In this document: positions 10,743-18,212 of the stretch, piece by piece
Position numbering within the stretch: position 1 is the stretch's first letter
How the letters are laid out: every line of letters begins with the position of its first letter
Source of the DNA: a virus
Taxonomy: Duplodnaviria; Caudoviricetes
Direction: 5' to 3' (one strand)
Length of the DNA stretch: 64,000 bases
Virus record (IMG/VR): IMGVR_UViG_3300028886_000089
Location: 5,080-69,079 of that record
Notes under the pieces: generated by a model
What the model was told of the DNA's origin: nothing
Database searches by the model: none
What the model saw: only the letters and a program-made list of their open reading frames with translations
Translations under genes and position numbers: made by a program

Positions 10743-11864
10743 CTAGAAGTAAAGATAATCATAAAATATTCTAATTCCTTGATTACCATTAGTAATTACA
10801 ATTTTTGCTTTATCATCTTTGTCGCTTGGCTGTAATTTGAAAAAATAACCAGCATCTATACAATCATTATATAAATTACCACTTGTTATGTATTGATTAT
10901 CTGTATATTCAGATACGCCAATTATTAATCCATTATTTGTATCTATTAATACACCTATGTCATAACTATTTTCATCTATTCCATATTGCCGGCCTTGTTT
11001 AGGTAAAGTAAATTGTAAAATATCAAAATCTGTTAAATTTTCTTTTGCTTGATACGTCAATGTGATTTGTGTAGTAGAATCTGACTCTATAAAAGGAATA
11101 TACATACGGAAACCAGTTTCTACATCACCAGGGTTATATATATTAATACTTGAAGTATCTATAATATAACTATCATAAGGTTGTGTTGTGATAGTAGGCT
11201 CAACAGGATTATATTCTTCTTCTGTTAAAATTCCACTAGAAACAGCCCAATCACTTCCTTCTTCATTACTTGGTAGTACTTTATAAACCGATTTAGCAAA
11301 AGGAAAATAAGCTTTAAAAGTGATTTTCCCCTCACCCTTATAAACGCGTTGAGTACCTTCTTGATACTCATATGGAGTAACTTGTTCTCTTTCAATAGTA
11401 TAGCCAATAATTTGTTCTTCTCCTTCTACTTCTTCAGTAATCGGGATTCTATTAGCCACTCTAACTCCATCTCTCGCTGTGCCTATAATTTTTTTAGGTT
11501 CATCAAAGCATACATAAGAAAGTTCAATTGGGCTTTCAAGTTTTGCCAGATAATATTTATAAGGACGCTCATCAAATATTAATTTCTTAATATCTTTTGT
11601 CCCAAAAACTTGTCTAAGTTTTCTAAATTGTTTTTCATCTAAAGAATCAAAAGCAATTTCTATATCAAAAGACCTTGGACCAAAATCTGACCCAAAGTAA
11701 TATTCTCCATTTAATCCCGGTACCTCAGCAGTCCTATCCTTTATCTCTGGATGTAATTCTTCATCATATCTATCACCACCAGAGACTCTATAAACAGTTA
11801 CTATTCCTGTATTTGGGTCAGAACTACGCCAATCTCCAAAACTGAAACCTGTAAAGTCTCCCAT
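10743..11864 (-). CDS. Distal tail protein (Dit-like)
   Basis: MGDFTGFSFG...VPGLNGEYYFGSDFGPRSFDIEIAFD...LIFDERPYKYY pattern typical of siphophage Dit; position before the Tal-like gene. Confidence 0.7.
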   Translation of the reverse strand: MGDFTGFSFGDWRSSDPNTGIVTVYRVSGGDRYDEELHPEIKDRTAEVPGLNGEYYFGSDFGPRSFDIEIAFDSLDEKQFRKLRQVFGTKDIKKLIFDERPYKYYLAKLESPIELSYVCFDEPKKIIGTARDGVRVANRIPITEEVEGEEQIIGYTIEREQVTPYEYQEGTQRVYKGEGKITFKAYFPFAKSVYKVLPSNEEGSDWAVSSGILTEEEYNPVEPTITTQPYDSYIIDTSSINIYNPGDVETGFRMYIPFIESDSTTQITLTYQAKENLTDFDILQFTLPKQGRQYGIDENSYDIGVLIDTNNGLIIGVSEYTDNQYITSGNLYNDCIDAGYFFKLQPSDKDDKAKIVITNGNQGIRIFYDYLYF

Positions 11865-11892
11865 TTCCTTTTACTCCTAAATTCTTTTTAAT

Positions 11893-12342
11893 CTACTTCT
11901 TTTCGTAAATTAAAAAATCATGATCTCTCAAACATTCCTTATATACTTCTCTAATTGTAGAGATTGCCAATACAGCCTTATTATTCTCATAATCTTCATG
12001 TGCTGCACAATAATCCTCATAAGTGTCTATATCATCAAGAATTTCATCGAAGTGTTCTTTTGAATGACGCTTATTAAATAAAATTTCATCATTAAATCGA
12101 AGTATACGTTGTCTAGCCTGGCGCGCACGCTCAAGCTCTTCTTCTTTCTTTAAAATATCGACTTCAGCTGTAAGTCGTTTAACTTGTGTTAATACTTCTC
12201 CATTAATAGAACGACCGATTGTTCGGCCTATTAAATTCCATATATTTAGCTCTAGCTTCGGTATCTTAATCATCCCTATAAGGACAACCAATAATCCTAA
12301 TACTCCGCCTTGAGCAAGATGATTGATTTCAAACAAATTCAT
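11893..12342 (-). CDS. Membrane protein, possibly holin-like
   Basis: N-terminal hydrophobic segment GGVLGLLVVLIGMI followed by a charged helical domain; first gene of the late tail operon. Confidence 0.45.
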   Translation of the reverse strand: MNLFEINHLAQGGVLGLLVVLIGMIKIPKLELNIWNLIGRTIGRSINGEVLTQVKRLTAEVDILKKEEELERARQARQRILRFNDEILFNKRHSKEHFDEILDDIDTYEDYCAAHEDYENNKAVLAISTIREVYKECLRDHDFLIYEKK

Positions 12343-12379
12343 TTTCCCCTCCTAATATCCTTATAGGACATTTTCTTTC

Positions 12380-12420
12380 ATGGATAAGTGGAGATTAATG
12401 GCAAAAACTCTACTTTTTAG
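12380..12420. promoter_or_regulatory. Candidate divergent phage late promoters (CCACTTA on -, CTACTTT on +) forming an imperfect inverted repeat TAAGTGGAG...CTCTACTTT
   Basis: Lies between divergent genes; a similar C(T/C)ACTTA motif precedes the genes starting at 15665(-), 20501(+) and 33867(+). Confidence 0.45.
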
Positions 12421-12437
12421 AGAGAAGGAGAAGAGAT

Positions 12438-12845
12438 ATGAGTAGATATGAAGAACAAGTTATTACATTGTTGCAAAAAGGTAGATATAAATTTGAAAGA
12501 GAAAAACGATTTAGTGATTTAAAACATGGGCTTTATCGTTTTGATTTTTACGTAGTAGGCGGCCGTGCCATTCCATGTGTCATAGAAGTCCAGGGAGAAG
12601 GTCATTATCAGTATGTTGATAAATTTTATCACTCGCGCGCAGAGTTCGAAGCGGCTAAAGAAAGAGACAGACGTAAAATAAGTTACTGTCTCGCACACAA
12701 TATCCCGATATATATAATTCCTTATTGGGAATTAGAAAACTTACATACATCAGCTGACTTATTCGATCCACGTTTTCGCGCGGCCAGCCGTTGGAAAAAC
12801 GACCAGGATTGGCAACAACAGCAAAATTTGACAAAAAGACGCTAA
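12438..12845 (+). CDS. Vsr/DUF559-like PD-(D/E)xK endonuclease
   Basis: YRFDFY...IEVQGEGHY...ERDRRKISYC...IPIYII motif. Confidence 0.75.
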   Translation: MSRYEEQVITLLQKGRYKFEREKRFSDLKHGLYRFDFYVVGGRAIPCVIEVQGEGHYQYVDKFYHSRAEFEAAKERDRRKISYCLAHNIPIYIIPYWELENLHTSADLFDPRFRAASRWKNDQDWQQQQNLTKRR

Positions 12846-12953
12846 ACTTGATATAATATAATAGAAAGAGAAAAATAAAAAAAATTAAAGTAATTATATA
12901 CATTATTTATTATTAGTGTGTATATTTACTTTAAAATTTAAGGGGAGATTAAT

Positions 12954-14036
12954 ATGGAATTATATTTATTAATCGCTCTTCTTTTAGGTATTTTAATTAT
13001 TATTATATTATATTTACAATATAAAAAGAAAAAGAAATTAGTAGAAAAATTAATATTTGAAAAACATAAATTAGAAACATTAAGAAAGGACGAGATAAAA
13101 GACTACTTCAAAGAAGAGTGGAAACAAGAAAAAGATAAGTTAGATTATGAACGCAAGATATATGAATCAAATATATCTAATCGTCAGAATGAACTGGAAA
13201 GCCAATATAAGTTAGACGCCAGCAAATATGAGGGCGAAATTAAAAAATTAGAAGTTCATCTAAAGGAAAAAGAAAAACGATATAATGAAGTAAATCAAGA
13301 TTTAGACTTTTATCGTGAAGGTAAGATGAAAGAAATTGACGGTACGGCCGCAGAGTACGAACGGCGCAAACATAATCTTATCGACCAATCAATTGAAAAG
13401 TATCGCAACAAACAAATGACGCTTGCAAACGCTAAATTAGAATTAATGCAAGCAGAAAGAGACAACTACTTAAAAGAAATTGAAGAAATTAAAACCGACT
13501 TAGAAGCTGAACGTAGTAAGCGCGCAGCCATTAATGAAGAAATTTTACGAGCTCGCGCCCTCGAAGAACAACAAGACTTTTATCGTATTCAGCTTGACCC
13601 AGACGATACAAATGATATACAACTACTTCGTTCTATTACGGCGCGCCTTCGTCACCCAGAAGCAATCAACAAGGTCATTTGGACTGGTTATTATCAAAAG
13701 CCACTCGCAGAACTTCGCAAACGTATTTTGGTTAATGGTGATGTAAGTGGAGTTTATAAAATTACAAGGCTAAAAACAAATGAAATTTATATAGGACAAA
13801 CAACATCAGTTGATAAACGTTGGCAGGAACATGTCAAGTCAGCTTTAGGAGTTGGAACATTGGCGTCTTCACAACTCCACAGAGCGATGGCAACTGATGG
13901 ATGTGAAAATTTTACTTTTGAACTATTAGAGGTGGTTCCAAAAGACAAATTAAGAGAACGTGAATCATACTATATTGATTTCTACGATTCAAAAACTTAT
14001 GGACTTAACTCTGTTACCGGAGATAAGAATAAATAA
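12954..14036 (+). CDS. Membrane-anchored coiled-coil protein with C-terminal GIY-YIG nuclease domain
   Basis: N-terminal TM helix (LLIALLLGILIIIILYL), long coiled coil, GVYKIT...IYIGQT...RWQEH...E motif. Confidence 0.8.
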   Translation: MELYLLIALLLGILIIIILYLQYKKKKKLVEKLIFEKHKLETLRKDEIKDYFKEEWKQEKDKLDYERKIYESNISNRQNELESQYKLDASKYEGEIKKLEVHLKEKEKRYNEVNQDLDFYREGKMKEIDGTAAEYERRKHNLIDQSIEKYRNKQMTLANAKLELMQAERDNYLKEIEEIKTDLEAERSKRAAINEEILRARALEEQQDFYRIQLDPDDTNDIQLLRSITARLRHPEAINKVIWTGYYQKPLAELRKRILVNGDVSGVYKITRLKTNEIYIGQTTSVDKRWQEHVKSALGVGTLASSQLHRAMATDGCENFTFELLEVVPKDKLRERESYYIDFYDSKTYGLNSVTGDKNK

Positions 14037-14080
14037 AATAATCTTGCGACAGCAAGGCCCGACAGGGTAAGGAGGCAAAA

Positions 14081-15154
14081 ATGCAATTCACAGAAATGCA
14101 AAAACAAATTATTACAACAGACAAACCGAAGGTGCTTGTGCTTAGTAGCGCGGCAAGTGGTAAAAGTGCGGTAATTGTAGAAAGAATACGCTATTTACTC
14201 GAACAAGGCGTAGACCCATCAGAGATTGTAGCTATTACTTTTACGAACAATGCAGCATCAATTATGTATGAGAGGTTAGGTTACCCAAATGGATTATTCA
14301 TTGGAACAGTTCATTCTTATTGCAATTATCTTTTACGCGGTGGTGCAGTAGACACTACTAAAATTTTAAATGAAGAAAGGTTTGATGACTTGTTTGAGGA
14401 GATTAAAAAGAATCCAGGATGTATTAAACACGTAGAACACTTATTACTTGATGAAGCACAAGATTCAACAATGGATCAATTTGAATTCTTTGAACTCATC
14501 AATCCAACAAACTTCATGTATGTAGGAGACATTAAACAATCAATTTATGGATTCAATGGCTCTTATCCAGAATACCTTATCAACCTGTGGTATCAAAACG
14601 ATGTATCTGTCTACCAAATGAGACAGAACTTCCGCAATCTACCAGATATACTTAATTTTGCGAAAAAATTTCTTTATCGACTTGGTCCAGATTATGATGA
14701 TGACTCAATTCCTATGAGGAAAACTGATGGCAAGCCGCACGTGTTAGAAGGAACTTATACACCTTCTGAAGCAGTTGCTTCACTTATGCTCGCGGCAGAC
14801 CGGCTTCATACTCAATGGGGAGATTGGTTCGTATTATGTAGGACAAATAGTGATATAGCTTTATTTCAACAATTGTTTGCAGCTAATGGTATTCCAACAG
14901 ATACTTTTAAACAATCAGAACTGACTAATGCACAGATACAAGATAGATTGAAAGAAAATACAGTTAAAATCTTAACTGTTCATTCTGCAAAGGGAATGGA
15001 AGCACCTTACATTCTTTCATATAATATAAGAGCCTATAATGATGATGAAGCGCGGCTGTGCTATGTATCAGCTACTCGCGCAAAAGACTTCCTCATATGG
15101 GCAAAGACACCACCAAAGAAAAAGAAAAAAAGTAGAGTGGTTAACTGGGAATAG
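14081..15154 (+). CDS. UvrD/Rep-like SF1 helicase (compact)
   Basis: SAASGKS Walker A, AITFTNNAA, LLDEAQD, VGDIKQSIYGF, QNFRN, LTVHSAKGME, YVSATRAK. Confidence 0.9.
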   Translation: MQFTEMQKQIITTDKPKVLVLSSAASGKSAVIVERIRYLLEQGVDPSEIVAITFTNNAASIMYERLGYPNGLFIGTVHSYCNYLLRGGAVDTTKILNEERFDDLFEEIKKNPGCIKHVEHLLLDEAQDSTMDQFEFFELINPTNFMYVGDIKQSIYGFNGSYPEYLINLWYQNDVSVYQMRQNFRNLPDILNFAKKFLYRLGPDYDDDSIPMRKTDGKPHVLEGTYTPSEAVASLMLAADRLHTQWGDWFVLCRTNSDIALFQQLFAANGIPTDTFKQSELTNAQIQDRLKENTVKILTVHSAKGMEAPYILSYNIRAYNDDEARLCYVSATRAKDFLIWAKTPPKKKKKSRVVNWE

Positions 15155-15160
15155 ACAATA

Positions 15161-15187
15161 AAAAAGACGGGTTAATCCCGTCTTTTT
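15161..15187. terminator. Bidirectional intrinsic terminator
   Basis: AAAAAGACGGG-TTAAT-CCCGTCTTTTT between convergent genes. Confidence 0.85.
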
Positions 15188-15191
15188 AAAT

Positions 15192-15665
15192 TTAATTAGC
15201 AATACTAATTTTTATATGTACTGTTTTTACATTTGGTGTTGCCATATAGGTATAATTATCATTATTAGAAATATATAAAGGATACGTAGTAAATACTACA
15301 GCATCATTATCCATCTCTCCATAAAGATTATCACCACATTTAGGTAGTATAAAATCCTCTTCTCCCATCTGTACATATAATACATCTGGTGTTTCAGATA
15401 ATATACCATGTTGTATCGTGCATTCTGCATGTGGTGCATAAGCTTCACGAGAAAAAACAACATCCTCATCAAAAACCACTGTAAGTGAAATTTCTTCACT
15501 ACCAATCATTTGTTTAAATATATTCCAATTCGTATTCTTCGGTGTCTCCCTCAAATATCTTTCAATTTCCTCAGTCAATTCCACACCTTCAGACTCAAAA
15601 ATTTGAGGTAAGATATTCCAATTGAGATTGGTGAGGTTTTTATCTATATATTCACGTATTGTCAT
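15192..15665 (-). CDS. Hypothetical protein (isolated minus-strand gene, probably late)
   Basis: 157-aa ORF with GGAGG RBS and an upstream CTACTTATA motif at 15717-15709. Confidence 0.7.
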   Translation of the reverse strand: MTIREYIDKNLTNLNWNILPQIFESEGVELTEEIERYLRETPKNTNWNIFKQMIGSEEISLTVVFDEDVVFSREAYAPHAECTIQHGILSETPDVLYVQMGEEDFILPKCGDNLYGEMDNDAVVFTTYPLYISNNDNYTYMATPNVKTVHIKISIAN

Positions 15666-15829
15666 TGGTTATTTCTCCTCCTATTTAAATTTTACATAAT
15701 CTTTCTTATATAAGTAGTTTTTTTCGTCAATGCTCTACACTCATTGCGGCCGAGCCATAAAATCATTCAATAAACGCTTCATTCGCTTATCCTATGCAGT
15801 CGCGCGCCTCTACATACCAACTTCTAAAT

Positions 15830-15858
15830 TTGCATTTTCATTTGAAATATGATATAAT
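15830..15858 (+). promoter_or_regulatory. SigA-type promoter
   Basis: TTGCAT-17 nt-TATAAT with extended -10 TG, upstream of the small-gene cluster. Confidence 0.75.
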
Positions 15859-15886
15859 ATAAGTAAGATAAGAAAGGAGTATTGAA

Positions 15887-16120
15887 ATGACAATTAATTT
15901 AACAGACTTTTACGACATAGGAGAAATAACTCATTGGACTACTTCAATCGGTGTGTCAATGTATGATATCGAACTCATATCAAAGTCCACTGGTGAGGTA
16001 ATCATATGGAGTTTCACCGAAGAATACTTCGATAAATTCCTCGACGAACTCGAAGAAGACACAAAATACCTCGAAGACAGTTTATATTACACAAGAAAGA
16101 AAATGTGGTGGTTTTTATGA
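15887..16120 (+). CDS. Hypothetical acidic protein
   Basis: ORF with AAGGAG RBS after the SigA promoter. Confidence 0.65.
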   Translation: MTINLTDFYDIGEITHWTTSIGVSMYDIELISKSTGEVIIWSFTEEYFDKFLDELEEDTKYLEDSLYYTRKKMWWFL

Positions 16121-16305
16121 ATTACATATCAGACAAGTGTAATTGTTGTGAACGATATAATAAAATTGAAAACAAGCCTAGAAATAAATTATACTGCTGG
16201 TCGTTTTGTGAAGAATATCAAAAATATCAATGGGAAACAACAGCAAAATATTTGGGAGTAAAATTAGATGAACAAGCGTATCAAAAAGAAACAACGACAA
16301 CTTAA
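16105..16305 (+). CDS. Hypothetical small Cys-containing protein (start may be 16117)
   Basis: Overlap-coupled ORF. Confidence 0.5.
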   Translation: MVVFMNYISDKCNCCERYNKIENKPRNKLYCWSFCEEYQKYQWETTAKYLGVKLDEQAYQKETTTT

Positions 16306-16726
16306 AAATAAAAAATTATGCAAGCGATATCCTTTCCTTGCAATCCGTAATTGGAGAAATGACAAACCAATTGGTTATGAATTTACCTATCTTGACGATA
16401 TGCCTGATGGGTGGAGAAAGGCGTTCGGCAAAGATATGTGTGAGGAAATTAGACGAGTTCTCGTTAAAGCAAACTACCTCAATAAATATAGGATACTTCA
16501 AGTAAAAGAAAAATATGGCTCATTGAGATGGTATGATGGTTGCGCACCCTCGTCAATTTATCGTGAACTTCAAGATATAATTTATAAGTATGAAGAACTC
16601 TCTTACCGTACATGCATATGTTGTGGGCGGCCAGCCACTAAAATTGCTAAAGGTTGGATAAGCCCTTTTTGTGATAGGTGTGCGGAAAAACTTTCTGATA
16701 GACTTACTTTTAAGGAGATAGACTAA
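16268..16726 (+). CDS. Conserved phage hypothetical protein (QVKEKYGSLRWY motif, C-terminal CxxC...CxxC)
   Basis: Recognisable KEK(Y/F)GxLRxY phage family motif. Confidence 0.7.
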   Translation: MNKRIKKKQRQLKNKKLCKRYPFLAIRNWRNDKPIGYEFTYLDDMPDGWRKAFGKDMCEEIRRVLVKANYLNKYRILQVKEKYGSLRWYDGCAPSSIYRELQDIIYKYEELSYRTCICCGRPATKIAKGWISPFCDRCAEKLSDRLTFKEID

Positions 16727-16748
16727 TGCCAAAAGAAAGGAGTATTAA

Positions 16749-17009
16749 ATGAGTAATATAGAACATCTAATCGAAAATGGATTAATTAACTATGGTAAAA
16801 TGTCATCTGAAGAATGGGATGCAAAAATGTTACAAGACCCAAACTGGAAACCATGGGTTGCTATAACCATTGATGAGCTTTATGAAATTTGTAGCTATGT
16901 CGAAAATACTCATGTTGTAATGCTAAATGATATAATTGATGAATATAAAAATCTGTGTGCAGAATTAGTAAAGGAGTTAGAAGATGCCAGAAGTAGGAGA
17001 TACAATTAG
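16749..17009 (+). CDS. Hypothetical protein
   Basis: AAGGAG RBS, 86 aa. Confidence 0.6.
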   Translation: MSNIEHLIENGLINYGKMSSEEWDAKMLQDPNWKPWVAITIDELYEICSYVENTHVVMLNDIIDEYKNLCAELVKELEDARSRRYN

Positions 17010-17172
17010 AATTAACTATATGAAAGACGAGCCGCAGTATACAGGTAGAGAAGGAGTTATAACTCATATTGATGACTTTGGTCAACTATTCGGCTCATGG
17101 GGTGGACTTGCTGTAGTACCAGATATAGACGAGTTTGAAATTATAAAGAAAGGCTATAACGAAAATGTTTAA
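16984..17172 (+). CDS. DUF4314-like small protein
   Basis: GDTIRINYM.D...GREGVITHIDDFGQL...W...LAVVPDIDEFEI. Confidence 0.65.
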   Translation: MPEVGDTIRINYMKDEPQYTGREGVITHIDDFGQLFGSWGGLAVVPDIDEFEIIKKGYNENV

Positions 17173-17398
17173 AGCAAAACGAATTGATAATGGTAATGTC
17201 GAAACAATCCTCGCGGTTGATTATAATGACACCTTCCATCAAACCTATTTTCTTGTCTGGTCTAATGGTGCTTGGAGGTGGCGACCGGCGCATAAATATG
17301 TGCCACCAAATGTCGACCCCGGCGCACTCAACGCAATTAACGTGCGAACCGAAATTGCCGCAGCAGGAGACCTTATTGATGAAGATACCCCATTTTAA
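17165..17398 (+). CDS. Hypothetical protein
   Basis: Overlap-coupled ORF in the small-gene cluster. Confidence 0.6.
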   Translation: MFKAKRIDNGNVETILAVDYNDTFHQTYFLVWSNGAWRWRPAHKYVPPNVDPGALNAINVRTEIAAAGDLIDEDTPF

Positions 17399-17406
17399 GG
17401 AGAAAG

Positions 17407-17679
17407 ATGAATTATTATATTGAAGAAGATAAAACCTTTGATGAAATTATAGGTATTAAAAGTGCTGAAGTTAAATGTACTTTATCAAATGGAAAAACGC
17501 TTTTATTTAAAATTCCTAATATAATAGAAGGCTCTTTTTTATATAAAGGTGATGAAATTATTTGCAATAATCCTCGTTTTCTTCGTTATGTAATCGAACG
17601 AATGAATCAACGTATTTGTTTTAATTTTCCAGTTACCTGTGATGAGGATGGAATAGTATGTAAAATGGAGAAAATTTGA
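17407..17679 (+). CDS. Hypothetical protein
   Basis: AAGGAG RBS, 90 aa. Confidence 0.6.
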   Translation: MNYYIEEDKTFDEIIGIKSAEVKCTLSNGKTLLFKIPNIIEGSFLYKGDEIICNNPRFLRYVIERMNQRICFNFPVTCDEDGIVCKMEKI

Positions 17680-17681
17680 CT

Positions 17682-17717
17682 ATGGAAAAGGTTGATTTTA
17701 GTAAGGTGAGAGAGTGA
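17682..17717 (+). pseudogene. Stub copy of the GyrB C-terminus (MEKVDFSKVRE*)
   Basis: 17691-17713 GTTGATTTTAGTAAGGTGAGAGA is identical to 20042-20064 at the gyrB 3' end. Confidence 0.8.
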
Positions 17718-17911
17718 TGGGATATCAAGTACCGACTTATGTTATTATTAAAGATATAAATAATCTCTATTATATAGACAACTTAGGTCTACGATACGGA
17801 CCCTATCAAACAAAATGGGGTGCTAGACGAGCACTAAATAAATTAATTCATTCAAAAGAACCTATAATAATAGAACAATATGATGAAAAGGGGCAGTTAA
17901 TAAATGGATAA
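17714..17911 (+). CDS. Hypothetical protein
   Basis: Start overlaps the stop of the GyrB stub (GTGATG). Confidence 0.55.
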   Translation: MMGYQVPTYVIIKDINNLYYIDNLGLRYGPYQTKWGARRALNKLIHSKEPIIIEQYDEKGQLING

Positions 17912-18212
17912 ATGGCAAGCTTGTCCTCTATTTAAATGGTGTCCAAGTAAAACAGCAGCATGTAGAGTTTGTTTACCAGATGACGGATGCTATTGGTATA
18001 GATGGTTTGAACAACTAATAAAAGGAAATTTGACTATGGAAAAAAATCCAATTAAAATTACAATTGAAAATTATTGCGGGCAAATTGTTACATTCACAAT
18101 GTCGCCTGATGCAGAAATTGAATCAAGTCTTTGCATTATAGATGATAAAGTGACTGAAGTTCACATTAATGGATATGATAAAGACATACTAATTGAAAAA
18201 GAGGATATTTAA
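17904..18212 (+). CDS. Hypothetical protein (Cys-rich N-terminus; possible original start at the internal MEKNP near 18036)
   Basis: ORF coupled to the gyrB start; contains an 18-bp repeat at 18026-18043. Confidence 0.5.
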   Translation: MDKWQACPLFKWCPSKTAACRVCLPDDGCYWYRWFEQLIKGNLTMEKNPIKITIENYCGQIVTFTMSPDAEIESSLCIIDDKVTEVHINGYDKDILIEKEDI

